A stretch of DNA of 64,000 nucleotides, taken from Eledone cirrhosa. Taxonomy: Eukaryota. Position 1 is the stretch's first letter, and the number at the start of each line of letters is the position of its first letter. The stretch is taken from positions 23,742-87,741 of the forward strand of contig CAXHJY010000554.1 of the NCBI GenBank assembly GCA_964016885.1. The letters run 5' to 3'. The translations under genes and the position numbers were made by a program. Positions 13,691 through 27,029 of this stretch are shown here, piece after piece. The notes under the pieces are model-generated. The model was not told the DNA's origin. It made no database searches and saw only the letters and a program-made list of their open reading frames with translations.

Positions 13691-16600
13691 GAAATCCCTA
13701 GTCCCTGGCTCTTGTATTGTTTATAATGTTTTGGGCCCTAGTGGCCAATAAAATTATTATTATTAGTAGTAGTAGTCATATTTTCATTGCGTGTTGTCAC
13801 TGCATTACCGAGCACAGCCTTGTGCGTCTTGGGTACGTACAGTGTTGTTTCCATTGCATTGAAAGAACTCTTCATAATGTTTGTGCAAAATGTACCAGTG
13901 CTATTTTCTGTACGTAGTGTATATTTTACTCCTGGGGTTTTGATTATGTATTTGTCTTATTATTATGGTGAATTGGCAATATCGGTAGAGGGTCAGACAC
14001 CATGCTTCACAGCATAGAGTTAGGTCTCTATCCAATCTCAGTCCAAATCCTGCAAAGGTTAGCTTTGTCTTTCATTCTTATGGGGTCGATAAAATAAAGT
14101 ACCAGTAATGCACTGGGTCGATTTAATCGACTTTCCCCTCTCCCCAAAATTGTTAACGTTGTGCCTAAATCAGAAATCATTATCATTATTATTATGGTGG
14201 AAAGAGAAGTGCTGTCCCCCAGTACATTTGCTAAAAGGTCGGTGAATGTGGCGAGAATGGGCCTACTCTGAGCATGCGCCTGTAGGCTGGTTGATTTGAG
14301 GAGGTGCCCTTCCTGGGTGTTCTTGAAGCATTGGGTATTTCAGGATTAGTGGGGTACCTGAATCACCCCTGGGAATTATGGGGAATTATGTTTGTATTTT
14401 TATTGCTTATTATTATTGCTGTATTTATTTTTTTTACTATTTCTACCCCCACCCCACTGTCCGTCGTTTTGTATTGTCCCCTATATGTAGGCTCTTGTGG
14501 CAAATACAGAAAAAAATTATTAAGTATTGGAGAAAAATACATGCAGTGTTTGTTCTGAATTCAATTACTGCCATGGTCAGCATTACTTTTCATACTCTGA
14601 GGTCGATAAAATAGAGTACCAATAAAGCACTGGGGTTGTTTTAATCGATCACCTCCCCTCATCAAATTTCTGGATTTGTGCCTGTGTTAAAAACGATTAT
14701 TATTATTGTTATTTCTTTTGTGATCATTATCAATTACTTGGATCAGGAGAAAGTGAGTGGGTAGTTGTTTTCAGCTACATGCATGGAGGTTGTCATAAAA
14801 GTGCCTTATTTGCAGTAAGAAATGTATGCTTTGTACACACACACACACACACATTTATCTTGGTGTTGCATTTATAAGAAGTGTAATTCAGCAAGCCTTC
14901 CAGCACTAAGAGCCTTAAGCCCCTCCAATAATGTGGAAACTTGTTCAATGATCTTGGTTTTTACAACACAGATTTTCTACTGACTCTAAATGTTAGTATG
15001 ATCATGTTTTTAATTTCTTTTGTAGTCTTGTATTGGTGATAAAAAAAAGTATGAGCTAATAATGATAATACACATGTACAGTATATATAGTTAAGGCCCT
15101 CCCCAATCCCAAAACTGTATCAGAAGCTCTGTTTGGATTAGGTGCAGACAGCTCACTTTTAAGGTATGAAATTAATTTAGGTGCTGTAATTGTAGTATGT
15201 ATGCAGTGCTAGTCAGTCCTATTTTTAAAAAATTTTCTGAACAGATGATTCACCTGGGATATTGCTAGATGTTTCTCACAACCTTTTCTTATCATACCTG
15301 GTGAGTGGTACTGTTATTGTTTGAATATTTCACGTATTTTCAATCTCTATTCCTAGGTTTTGGTATTTGCTTGGTATTTGAATACACAGATCAGTTAATT
15401 TGCAGATTTTATCTTTCCTGTCTGTGATGATGATAATATCTGGCATGATCACTAGAACTGTGCAGTTTGTGCTAAAATCCGAAAGTACCCTTACATTATG
15501 TTATTGGTTCTTGGCTGTTTTTATTTTCTAGTTGCATAGTGAAAATCAGAAAAGAAGCACAGCAAATCTTCATCTGCCTAGTAGCTATGGCAAAACAACT
15601 GTATGGTGGACATGTCTAAAAGGTTTGAAGAGAAAAATCTTCCTCTCCAGCCATGCCCTCACCAACTTCAAGTATTCCTTGAAGAGGAAGATGCTGCCTT
15701 CTAGTGTGTTTTATAAAAGATGAGTGACAGGAAGGGTATCCAGCCATAGAAATCTTGCCAAAGGGTTGGGAGGATCCCTTCAGTTGTGTCAAAGACATGG
15801 CAGCCTACCCTGCGCACTCGGGATAACATGAGACCGTACATAAGCAAGATGACAGATCCCTAGCTTGTCTGGGAGATCATTAGCCCCGCTTCTATACTTT
15901 GGCAGAAATGAACATTTATAGAAATAGTAAACTATGTTATTGAAAGAAACAGCTTTTCCAAGAAACAAAATACAAATATTTGTCTTTGACCTGTGAGACA
16001 TTGTATGTTTATGAAAAAATATTTCAAATATTGGGCCTGCATAATAAAAAATGAAGGCTATTATAATCATGAACACTTGGATAATGCTATTTTAGTTGTA
16101 AGAATTCAAAATACACCAATGAATGAATAGGCCCTCAAATGGACCAGTAACCAGTCATATTATTACTGATTAATGAAGGGCGGAATTAGTAAAGGACCGG
16201 ACAAATGCCTCAGAGTATTTAGCTACGTTTCTTCATGTTCTAAGTTCAAATCTTGCTATGCCTTTCATTCTTCCAAAGTTGATAAAATAAGTAACAATCA
16301 AGTATTGTGGTTGTTGTAACTATTTGGAAGACCCCGTTTAAGGGTGAAGGCAGGAATTGTTTGCTTAAACGTTTAATCTGTGCTAATAAATAAATATTGT
16401 CTAAGCACCTGAAGATTAGGTCATAATTTTGATCCCTATGACAATCTGGAGATGTGGTCAATATTGGGCCTTGTGTTCAGTGTATAAACATAAGTAATTA
16501 ATATATATCAGACCTCATTCCTGATTGAGCAGTTTTCCTTTTTCAGACCTATGAGTATTTTCTACACACACACACACACATATATATATATAGACCTGCC

Positions 16601-18047
16601 TTCCCATGTGCACGGGTTGAAGCATATATCTTGTATGCACTGCTTTCCCCTTCCCACACTGTAAAGTGATCTTGTAGGTGCCACGGTAAAAAAGCACCCA
16701 GCTCACACTGTAAATGTGGTTGGTGTTAGGAAGGGCATCCAGCTGTAGAAACCAAGTCAAAACCAGTCCTGTATGAACAAATCATGGTCATCAGATCGGG
16801 CTTGTCTCACAATGGGGTAACTCATCTAACCCATGCTAGCATGGAAAATACACATTTAACGGTGATGATGATGATTATTTATTGAACATTGTGAGTCAAC
16901 AAATTCTTAAAAATGGGCATAGATGTCCACATATTCAAAGGTTAGAGAATTATGGTTTGTTTCTTGTTCAGCTGGTTTGTATATGTCTTATATTTGTTTG
17001 TGTATGTCTTATATATATAGATCTTCGTTTTGTATTCACACCCTACTTACACACAGAAATATTTAGTTGTACAAACAGGAGAAACACAGTTTAACCCTTT
17101 AAACCAGCCATATCCGGCCAGAATTCTCTCACCTCTTTCTATTCAAACCGGCTGTAACTGGCCATTCATACTGATGTTAAGGTATTGTTCTCAAAATAAA
17201 TAATAACAAAATCTCATAGATCCGATATTATGTGAGGTAAAGCCTTTACCATGAAAATACAACAGTAAATATAGAGTAATGTAAATGCTAAAGTCTTAAT
17301 AAAGTGCTCTTAGGCATGAAATTCATGACCCTTGGGTCACTTGTCTGGTACAGTTTCACAGCAATTATAATTATACATATATAGATAGTTAATGGTGAAA
17401 TGCAAAGCAGTGACAAAATATTCAATGCCATAGGAGAGTACAATAAAATTTATTCAACCCTGAGTTTTTGTGAATTGCCACTCGAAGTTTCTTGGTATAT
17501 GCAAGTATAAAGCTTTAACGCATATGCCCTGTAAGTGCAGGAATATATAGAATTGATGCTGAAAAGTTAACGCTTCTTTGGTAATTACATATTTAAAATT
17601 CAGCAATAACCTTCGCTTCACTATCAGGTAAATATTTTGTAACTAAAAATTGTATATTTGAATCAGGGGGAAAATTGTTTTATTTATTAAGATGAATTAA
17701 TTATCTCCCTTGAACTGCGAAGCTAAAGCAAGAGACTTAATTTACTACTAAACTGTTGGGAATGCTTTCATTTCTATAAAAGTACAACTAAATCATATCA
17801 TTGAAAAGAGAAAAACAATTGGACAAACACTATAAAATAATTTCTCCCTAGTATATGATATATTTAATAGCTTATCTCGTTCAAAGTAATAATGTCAAGT
17901 TTATCTTCCGTTGATGCTAGCTTGGTTTCAACTTCTTTTTCTTTCAGCAACTGACTCACTCAGTTGATTATGCTTGTTTTCATATCTAGTAAGAATTAGA
18001 ATATATTTTATAGTATAATATATCATGTAATTTTTTTTTCCTTGTAG

Positions 18048-18087
18048 CTGAAAACTCAGAATCAACTAAATGAAGAATTTGATATTG
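18048..18087 (+). CDS. 40-nt mini-exon (LKTQNQLNEEFDI-G), phase 0 in / phase 1 out; probable second exon of V2
   Basis: Strong acceptor ttttttttttccttgtag| and consensus donor TTG|GTAAGT. Open in frame 0 for 13 codons + 1 nt. Too short for the ORF track. Confidence 0.7.
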
Positions 18088-18798
18088 GTAAGTCTGATGT
18101 TTCAATATTCCCATCTTTTTATTTTTTAAAATTTGTAATATATATCTTCTGATGAAGGACTAGCATTTGAAACGTTAAGGCTCTTTTCCTTCTATATCAA
18201 GCATAAAACTAATAATATATTTCTTCATTGTACTATGTCATTTGCTTTGTTATTTCTGTTTGCCCTTTGCATACATATATAGGTGTGTGTGTGGGGCTGT
18301 GTATGTAGTTGATGGCTGAGAGTTTTATCTGCGATAATAAGCAGGCGAAACTCCAGTATAGCAAGACTCACTATTTATCCTTAATAAAATGAATATATAT
18401 ATAAACTGCTCTGGCAGAGAATGTGTTGTAGCAATTTACATAGCTATCAAATTTAACATTTTTTAATAACAAATGGTGTTGCTTCTTGTTTTCAGCAGGT
18501 TATTAAATATTCATATATGAATAAATGCTCCAGATACAAGCTTGGCAAAGAATTAAGGCAGTGTTGGATAAATACTTTGCATTTTGAATTCAAATTCCAT
18601 TGAGGTCAACTTTGCCGTTTATCCTTCAGGGGTAGATAAAATAAAGTACCAGTCAACTACTGATTATCGTTTTACACCCCACCCACCCTTTCCCAATAAA
18701 GTTCTTGCTTTGTGCCTGTTGTATCAATGGCAGTCTGCTGTTTTAGTTAAGCTACTTTTTTGTAGAATGTTTTTTTTTATCATAACCACTATTATGTA

Positions 18799-18994
18799 CA
18801 AGGGTCGGCTGAAAAGTTCATAGGCTGACCAAGATACTCATGTAACGACCAAGTGAGGTTTATTTCTCGACATTGTCCCTGGAAAGAAACAATTCAGTTA
18901 TTAATAAGAAGAGTTGAAATTAACGCATGCAAGATTTCACAGCTTTAGCATCAATCCTTCATAGTCAGCCTATGAACTTTTCAGCCAACCCTTG
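18799..18994. mobile_element. Mariner-type MITE, TA target duplication; second copy at 19361-19533
   Basis: TA-caagggtcggctgaaaagttcataggctgac..gtcagcctatgaacttttcagccaacccttg-TA. Confidence 0.88.
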
Positions 18995-20850
18995 TATATT
19001 GTTATTTACAATGATTCATTGCCAAACTAGATGCCTCACATTTCTACATTCAGGCCTTGCTAGGACATTTTTAACCTTTTGACTCTGATGAAATAAGTAC
19101 TAGTTTTATATTCAGGTTGATTAGATTAAAGGACTGTCCTTCTTTTTCAATATTCAAGACTTTGTAACTAATGTTGAACAAATATTTTTCCCTTATATAA
19201 TTATTATTCAGTAAAAGAGGAAAGTCGGGGAATGCTTGTGAGTGGGAAGAGAGTGCAGAAAGTATGACCAAATACACAATAACAAAAATTAAAATGAGTT
19301 GGTAACTAAGATTTTTAATTGGCAAATATGAAAGAAAAATTTAGATATTTCATCCTTATATGAGTGTCGGCAGAAAAGTTCATAGGCTGACCAAATAAGA
19401 CTTATTTTTCAACATAGTCCCTAGAAAGAAACAATGCAGTTATTAAGAAGGAATGAAATTAGTGCATGCAAGATTTCACAGCACAAACATCATTTCTTCA
19501 TAGTCATCCTATGAACTTTTCAGTCAAACCTTGTATAATTTCACAATATTTGTTGAACTGTGTTAACAACCAAAACTGAACCAAATAGAGTATACAGAAT
19601 TATATTTTTATTTGGCATGGGGAAAGGGAATTGTTTAAAAATTAAAGAAATATTAGATGTAATCTACATGATAAATAATATTTATATAGGCCAAAACATT
19701 TTTAATGGAATATTTAAAAAGTTGAAGCAAGATCAAATATAAATTAAAAAGCTGAAGTAAGATAAAATACAAATTAAAAAGCTGAAGTAAGATAAAATAC
19801 AGGGTAACCAGGCAGTCAATACATTTTTATTGCAATGTTCACAGATAACTTTTTGAACATCTGCTTTAAAATATATAGAGGAACAGAGGTCAGATTTTCA
19901 AACATTTACTTTAATTATATTTTTTAAACTACTTTTGATGTATGTATAATTTCGTAATGCATGACCAGAATTTAGTAAATATCATCACTAGGAATATAAA
20001 TATTGAACTGTCCGGTTACGTATGACTCACCCTATATAACAATTAAAAAGGAAAATGATGAGAGTTAATGGTTTGGTGAATTGTATGGGTCACTTTGAGA
20101 TGGATTATTTGATGCCAAGAAATAGTTATGGAAGATCAGAATCAATTATGAGATTGACAACAGCAACAGCTGTTTGTATTTAAAAGTAGTAGTAGTGATG
20201 TTAGTAGCTATTGACGCATAGAGTTACGGCCCTTGCCATTCTGAGTTCAAATCCTGTCGAGGTTAACTTTGCCTTTCATCCTTACGGGGTCGATAAAATA
20301 AAGTACCAGTAATGCACTGGGTAATTGATGGCATTGTGCCAAAAGTAGAAACAATTATTATTGTAAAAATCAGCAGTGAGACCATTTAATTGTTGCCTCT
20401 GTCAATAAATTTACCTCAAATAAGGTTTGTAGCTGCACTCATACAAGATTGATTGTGTTGATTTTTGATAATTGATTGAATCATCGTTGCGATGTATTTG
20501 ATACTTATTTCATTAAAAGTCAGCTTGTAAAAGGTAAACAATTAGTGTATTTAATTATAAACCAATAATTCAAACAATGGAATATATTTTATGTTGTGAG
20601 GACTAAAAGTCCATCGTTTTGGACATATCCCAACATTGGAGATTGAATAAAATCATGTTTTCATGCTAACAAATGGTGTATTTATTTACAATTTTTACAA
20701 ATGCTCAATATGTAAATAACTTTATAAACATTTTAAAAAGTTATAAAAAATGAATCAACTTTATATTTAGACATGTATCGGACAAGTTACCGCATGATTA
20801 TATGGTCATTTGTTTAAAAAATATAGCCGTTTTGATTACACCCTGTATAT

Positions 20851-21172
20851 CAGAGGTTCTCAAACTTTTTGCCCCCCCCCCCCCCCCCCCCCCCAAATAA
20901 CGGCCACGTAATACTATCAGTGCCCCACCCATATTTCCAGAGAGACCTGCCTACACGCAAATTGTAAATAATATATAAATAAAATCGTTAATTTATATAT
21001 AATATAATATACACTATGTATAAACATTATATATTTTTTATTTTACTATATTTATATATATGTATCATTTGATATTTAATATACTATTATATAATCTCTA
21101 CCGCCAGCAACCCCATGGACCTTCTCAACACATCCGGGGGCGGGATGGGATAGCGCCCAATTTGAGAACCTG
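20851..21172. mobile_element. hAT-type MITE with perfect 8-bp TSD CTGTATAT
   Basis: TIRs cagaggttctcaaa / tttgagaacctg; CTGTATAT at 20843-20850 and 21173-21180. Confidence 0.88.
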
Positions 21173-21638
21173 CTGTATATCAAAGTGACCACCAGTAGAT
21201 GTTAAAATGTACCAAGTATATAATTACCGTTTATAGCAAGGTCAAATTATAAACTACCCCCCAATTTTAAAAATTATTTTAAATAATCACCTGCACTGTT
21301 CCACTCTTATTCCACTCCCAGTTGAGTGGTTGCCAATAGGAAGGACATCCAAATGAATATAAAACTGTAAAAGAAAGTAAAATAAAAGTGATATCTTTCG
21401 TTTGGCACCTCCCACTCCCTTAAGATTGACAAAAATGTCACCTACTGGAATAAACTATAAATGTATGCAAGGTTTTAATATACTACTTAAGTTGTTTTCG
21501 GCAGAGATTTTTGTTGGGTCCAATTTAATTCTGATAGAAACTGATTTTGTTAGAATTAAATTAAGCAACGTGACAACGAAACATTAATGAGAAGATACGA
21601 GAGTTATCGAGTTTTTAAACCATTCAAACAGCTTTTAT

Positions 21639-21690
21639 CAACAGACCAATGAGAAACGGGTAGACGGTAGAAGGCGGTGGTCTACATGGG
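21639..21690 (+). promoter_or_regulatory. Putative promoter of V3: GACCAATGAG CCAAT box plus GTAGAC..GTCTAC inverted pair
   Basis: The same motif block is conserved upstream of V5 (31411-31450), while flanking non-coding DNA has diverged. Confidence 0.55.
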
Positions 21691-21826
21691 ATTGTGTCTT
21701 TATTATATATTTTTTGCTAGCATTTTGATAGCCTCTGCTACGTGACAAAATTCCGTGCTAGAACTCCAACTGGCCTTCTTTTTCTATTCTGAGGCTCGCT
21801 AGTTCCTTTCTTTATTGTTCGCCACA

Positions 21827-22067
21827 ATGCCGGCTAACTGTATAGTGAAAGGCTGTCGCTCCATTCAGAAGAAAGGCGGGCCGATTAGCTTCTACCGACT
21901 ACCATGGAAAAATGTCCGTTTAAGAAACGAGTGGATACGACGAGCTGGTTATGATCCGAATAACTACGAGGAAGTGAAGCATATAAGTCGTGACCATCGA
22001 GTATGCAGCAGGCATTTCTGGAACAACCGCAAGGAAAGTCCTTATGATCTCCCGACGTTTTATCTGG
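21827..22067 (+). CDS. THAP zinc-finger coding exon (V3), phase-1 donor
   Basis: gccacaATG context. MPANCIVKGC..SFYRLPW..EWIRRAG..VCSRHF..LPTF. Donor CTGG|GTAAAA at 22067/22068, followed by low-complexity T-rich intron-like sequence. Confidence 0.88.
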
Positions 22068-22280
22068 GTAAAAAAACAAATCTATTAAAATTTAGTTTTC
22101 TTTCTTTTGCTTTTAAATATATATATCAAAAATATATATATAATTTTCACTCTGAACTCCTTGATTCTCTTCCCTTTTCTTTTACCTCTTTTGTGATATA
22201 TAATGGAAATAGTTGAGTGGCTTAATACATACACACATACTACTAAAACGAATATTGTGTATTTGTCGGTGGCCTGAAAT

Positions 22281-22337
22281 TTCTACCTCAATTTCATTGG
22301 TTGATGAAGCTAAGTTGTCGTGACGTCATGTGACGTG
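22281..22337. promoter_or_regulatory. Conserved block TTCTACCTCA-TTTCATTGG..TGACGTCA (inverted CCAAT + CRE)
   Basis: Repeated at 32002-32052. In both cases it lies about 200 nt after a THAP exon and upstream of an HTH exon. Confidence 0.5.
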
Positions 22338-23403
22338 GGGAGGGGGGGGGGCACTTCCCAGTGTTATGATCAAAGTAAATAATTGAAAAAGTTGCATTAC
22401 ATCATACATCAGTAATAGTGCATGGCACACACATTATTTGTTTACAAACTTATATATACATATATATATATAAAGCACAAGTAAACACTTAATACTCATA
22501 CGATAACACATTTGTGTGTGTGTGTGTATATATATAAGTATCAGTATACAGTTTTAATCCTCATACGATAACACATTTGTGTATGTATATATATAGATAT
22601 CGCTATAGGTAATGAGTCCTAGATTTATAACAATTTAGAGGAAGGATTTCAATAAATTTATAATTTAAGATACGATACATACGGCATAGTAGGTTAAATT
22701 AAATTCCCATGCTACGTATTGTATGCAGATTAAAAATGTTTAATTAAACATGAAGTTTTAGTCTGAAAAGTTATATTATCAACAATTCGTCTCAAACACA
22801 TAGCTAGTGAAATGTTATATATGAGTATTGTTGTTTATATAATAATATATTATCGCATGTACTCTGTATTATAACATTTGATCGAGCAATGCTTTGCATG
22901 ATGTCCAGAGAAAAATATTGTCTAAGACTTAGTTTAAGACTACATTCTTTAAAGTTTACCCAATGTTTCTCTATCTCAGAGATCTTTAGTTCCAACATCT
23001 CTCGTTTATTTTCCCATGTCTATCCATCCATCTCTCTATCATGTTATGAGTGTGTGACTCTCTAAAAATGTAAATTATTCCATCCTTGATGAAAATGTTT
23101 AAATGAAATACATTTGTACTTACATTATGGGGGAGGAGGGAGTCACCAGGTGTCCGCAGGTTAGGAAATGAAGAATTAATAGCATTTAAAAGTTATTTTA
23201 TTTAATTAATTTTTTTATAGAATGTTTAAGAAATTTATCTTGGGTTGTAACCATAGTAAGATCAACTAATCTTTAAAAAATTTTCTTCCAACAATATTGA
23301 AGTGGAAACGAGTTATCTTCGATTTATTCAGCATCATAGGTGGCGCTGAAAACGGTTTAGATAACTCTGTAATCAACAAAGGCAGACTCCGGTGTTTATT
23401 ATC

Positions 23404-23647
23404 ATGGGTCGTGCGCGAAAATCGTTCAGTGCTAAACAGAAGTTAAAAGTGATAGCTTTTGCCGAGATTTATGGAAACCGAGCTGCTGGTCGTCAATTCA
23501 GTGTCGATGAGAAATCGGTCAGAGAATGGCGGAAGCAGAAAGATCGGCTGGAGAACATGCCGAAAATAAATGTAGCTGATAGTAACAAGCGACCAAAAGA
23601 ATGGCTGTGGGCTATGCAGAAATGCGGTTTATACATACCGAAATACG
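23404..23647 (+). CDS. Brinker-DBD/pogo-type helix-turn-helix coding exon (V4), probable phase-1 donor
   Basis: MGRARKSFSAKQKLKVIAFAEIYGNRAAGRQFSVDEKSVREWRKQ resembles the BrkDBD-type HTH at the N-terminus of POGK-like pogo transposases. The donor ACG|GTACTT is weak, so the 3' end is uncertain. Confidence 0.75.
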
Positions 23648-26600
23648 GTACTTATCAATTCTGCTTTTCATTTCACAGCTTCTGTATACACATACATGCA
23701 TGAATGCATGTAATGCATGTATATCTATTTGTTTATATATTGACTTATTACTGAAGGATTTTTTTCTTTAATTCACTGTGCAAGAATCTATAAGCATTAT
23801 CTACAGTAAAATTTTACCGGACCATACCTTGCAAATGTGTATTAATAAGTTGGGAAGTTCAGGAATGTATTATCTAAAAGTTGATCTGCTGTTTATTATA
23901 TTTCACTGCTGTCGAATTTCGTTTTACTCTATGAATTCATGTACATCTTATCAGTGAATGTGTATGCATATATATTTATATATATATACACATACACATG
24001 ATGTTCCGTGGTGTTTTCAGCTTTATTATGTAAATGAGATTGCACAAATATCGAGAATTTGATGACATCTGGATAACTTCTGAGAAATGATATCGTCTGA
24101 GAAGTTAAAAGCGTATTTTGGGGGTTATTGTCCACAGAGAACTTCTGTATCAACAAACTTACGTTTCTTCGTATCTTTGGGGAGAGGATTTTCGATCAGG
24201 TTTTAAGTTGGCATTTACAGTTGCTTTTAGGAAACAAATGTAAACTTCAGATAAATAATTTTTACTATGCTGTGTTTTTTCTAAGTGATTTTGTCAATGA
24301 ACAGAAACAAATGTAGTTCTAATCATTAATTATTAGGAAATATTGATTCTTGTTTTACTTTAAATACCATATCTTTATGTCTAACCTTTTATATTTTTCG
24401 ATTGATTATGTCTCCTTAGAATGGACTTTCTTTTTATTGAATCGGTCTCGAAACAAACTTTCAACATGTTTATGTTGGTTGGATTTCTTTTTTTATTTTT
24501 TTTTTAAGAATCAACCATTGAATGTGTGCACTTTGTTGAAGCTTTGTATCTGTGAGAAATGCATATGAATATACACAAAATAATGTTTACGTTGATGTAA
24601 GAAAATAATCATTTTTAATATGGCATTTTAGTTCAGTGGTTCGTAAATTAGCATTTTTCGCTTAAACTGCTAAAACTTAAATGCATACTTACCTCCCCTG
24701 TTCCATTATATCGTGAACGTTCTGAACAGTTTTGTATGCAAACTGCATTGGTGTAAACATGGGAAAATGACTGATTCATACTAAAGTATGGGTGTAGGGG
24801 GAATCTGACGTCAGGATATTGATGACTTTCCCAAAGGAATTATTAGCGTCTGAAGATGCCACTAATTCCTTTAGAATCAGAACTGGATTGTGAACTTGAG
24901 TTTACTGTCTAGACTTCTAACAATGATTTCTGATTTAGGCACATGGCTTACAAGTTTGAGCAAAGGAAATGTCCATTAAATAGACCCCGGTACTTTATTT
25001 TATCAACCGCATAAGGATGAATGGCAAAGCTAACCTTGTTGAGATTTGAACTCTAGACATCTAATAATGCATATGAATGGTGTGTGTTGAGCAAAAACTT
25101 CTGAAGGTTAGTTGTATAGAATAGTGTGGTCAAAAGAGCTGGGAAACATTTCGCAAGAGTTAATTACGTCAAAACGTTAGTTGTAACTTACAGATATTTG
25201 TTGGTAAAAGGTTGATAGAAAATACACCATTGAATTAAAAGTGATGATTGTTTTAGTGCTTTTCTGATTTTGATTATATTTGGGATAAAAAAAATGATGC
25301 TCTCAAATGCATGGAACATAATAAGTTAGGTGAGAAATCTGAAACTAAATATTATCCTGTTGGCAAACCACTTTCAATTGGGATATGAAAACAGGTATTT
25401 GACACATTTTACTGAGAAATAATAACCACATCACAAATGCAACAATGTATCTATTTAAAATTATATCAACTGCATCCTATATTTAAATACAGTTTACTGA
25501 ATGTAAGCTGTATCACTGGCTTGTGTCACAATGGGACAACTCGTCTAAGCCATGCTAGCATAGGAAAATGGACATTAAATGGTGATATGTTGTCATTGGA
25601 TAATTTGGTCCTATATACACTGTCTGGTTAAACGATGAAATTGTTGTGGCTGGAATGCATTTGATCATAGGTTCGATCAATCAGGTGATCAAGCGTCACA
25701 GCATACTGGTGATAAATTTATTTCTAGTTTCCTTTTTTTTTTTTTTTTTTTTATAGCAATGTATTAGGAGGAAAATGCATGTTGTTGTTCATAAGTAGTC
25801 CCAACTAGCTTTACACCATATGGGGAATCAATGGAAGAATTAAGAGCAACCCAGATATCTATCATATGTGAAGGTGCTATATTTCAGTTTGCTCTGAGAT
25901 TATTTACATAGACTTTGTGGAAATCAGCTTTTAATATTTTTGTGTCAATATATGTATGCATGTTTGGTCACCTAACTCCTGAGGAAGTTGGAGGGGCGCC
26001 GTATTGACATACGGCGTCTTAAGGGCATGTTTTTAAACCTGGCAGAGCCCATCTCTTCTCCTGGCCTGAATATCACAGATTTCTTCCAGAGTCAGATAAA
26101 GAATGAGAGAATGGGAGTGAGAAAGATATATAGAGGAAGAATCAACACCCAGTCTCTGGCTGGTACTTTATTTTTTTATCAACCTTCATTGGATGAAAGG
26201 CAAAGATTATGTCAATATATAGTGTATTATTATTCTTAGGGTGAATCATGGCAAAATCGGTAGAACACTAGCCAAAATGTTTGCAGTATTTAGTTATGAC
26301 CCTTTATGTTATGAGTTCAAATCCTGCTTGGGTTGGCTTTGTTTTTCGTCCCTAAGAGAGGAGGTGTCAATTTAAAATAAGCACATGTATTGAAGTTTCA
26401 TTGAATTTTCTTTAAACATCTCCTAAATTTGTGTCGTTGTGCTTATATTAGAAATCATTACTATTTCTGTTAATGGGCAGTGGATTAGCAGAAGCATCAG
26501 ACAAATGTTCAAAACCGCTGAGGTTAACTTTACTTTTCATCCTTCTGGGGTTGATAAAATAAAGTATCAGTCAAGCACTGGAATTGATATTATCAACTTT

Positions 26601-27029
26601 CCTTTCCTAAACATTTGTTAGCTTTGTGCCTAAATTAGAACTCATTGTTTCTGCTGTTTTTAATTTAAGTCAGTTAGAGTGTCCAGGTTTAAAAAAAAAA
26701 AAAAGAATTGAATTTTATTTTACATGAGTAATTTCTGTAAGTGTGATCTGCAATTTCTTTACATTTATTTTACTTGTGTATAATTTTTAAGGCTTAGCAA
26801 AAGATCCAGTGACAGCCATAGTTACTTTTGTGTTAGTGTTCCACACTCTCATCATGGTCTCCAATTTGAGATATTTGTTAATGTTCTTGGCTTCCTTTGT
26901 TAGAAGATTAGTATGGTCTGTGAACATGACATCAATAAGAAAGCAGGTCTTTGCATTTTCATTTTAGAATATTGTTTTGCTATGGTGCTGTCTGTATTGA
27001 CAGCTATCTCACATGATTCATCATCATCT

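Noticed and set aside
15245-15300. Possible exon with strong donor CTG|GTGAGT
   Set aside because: It has a stop in the frame needed to follow V2, and the acceptor is weak.
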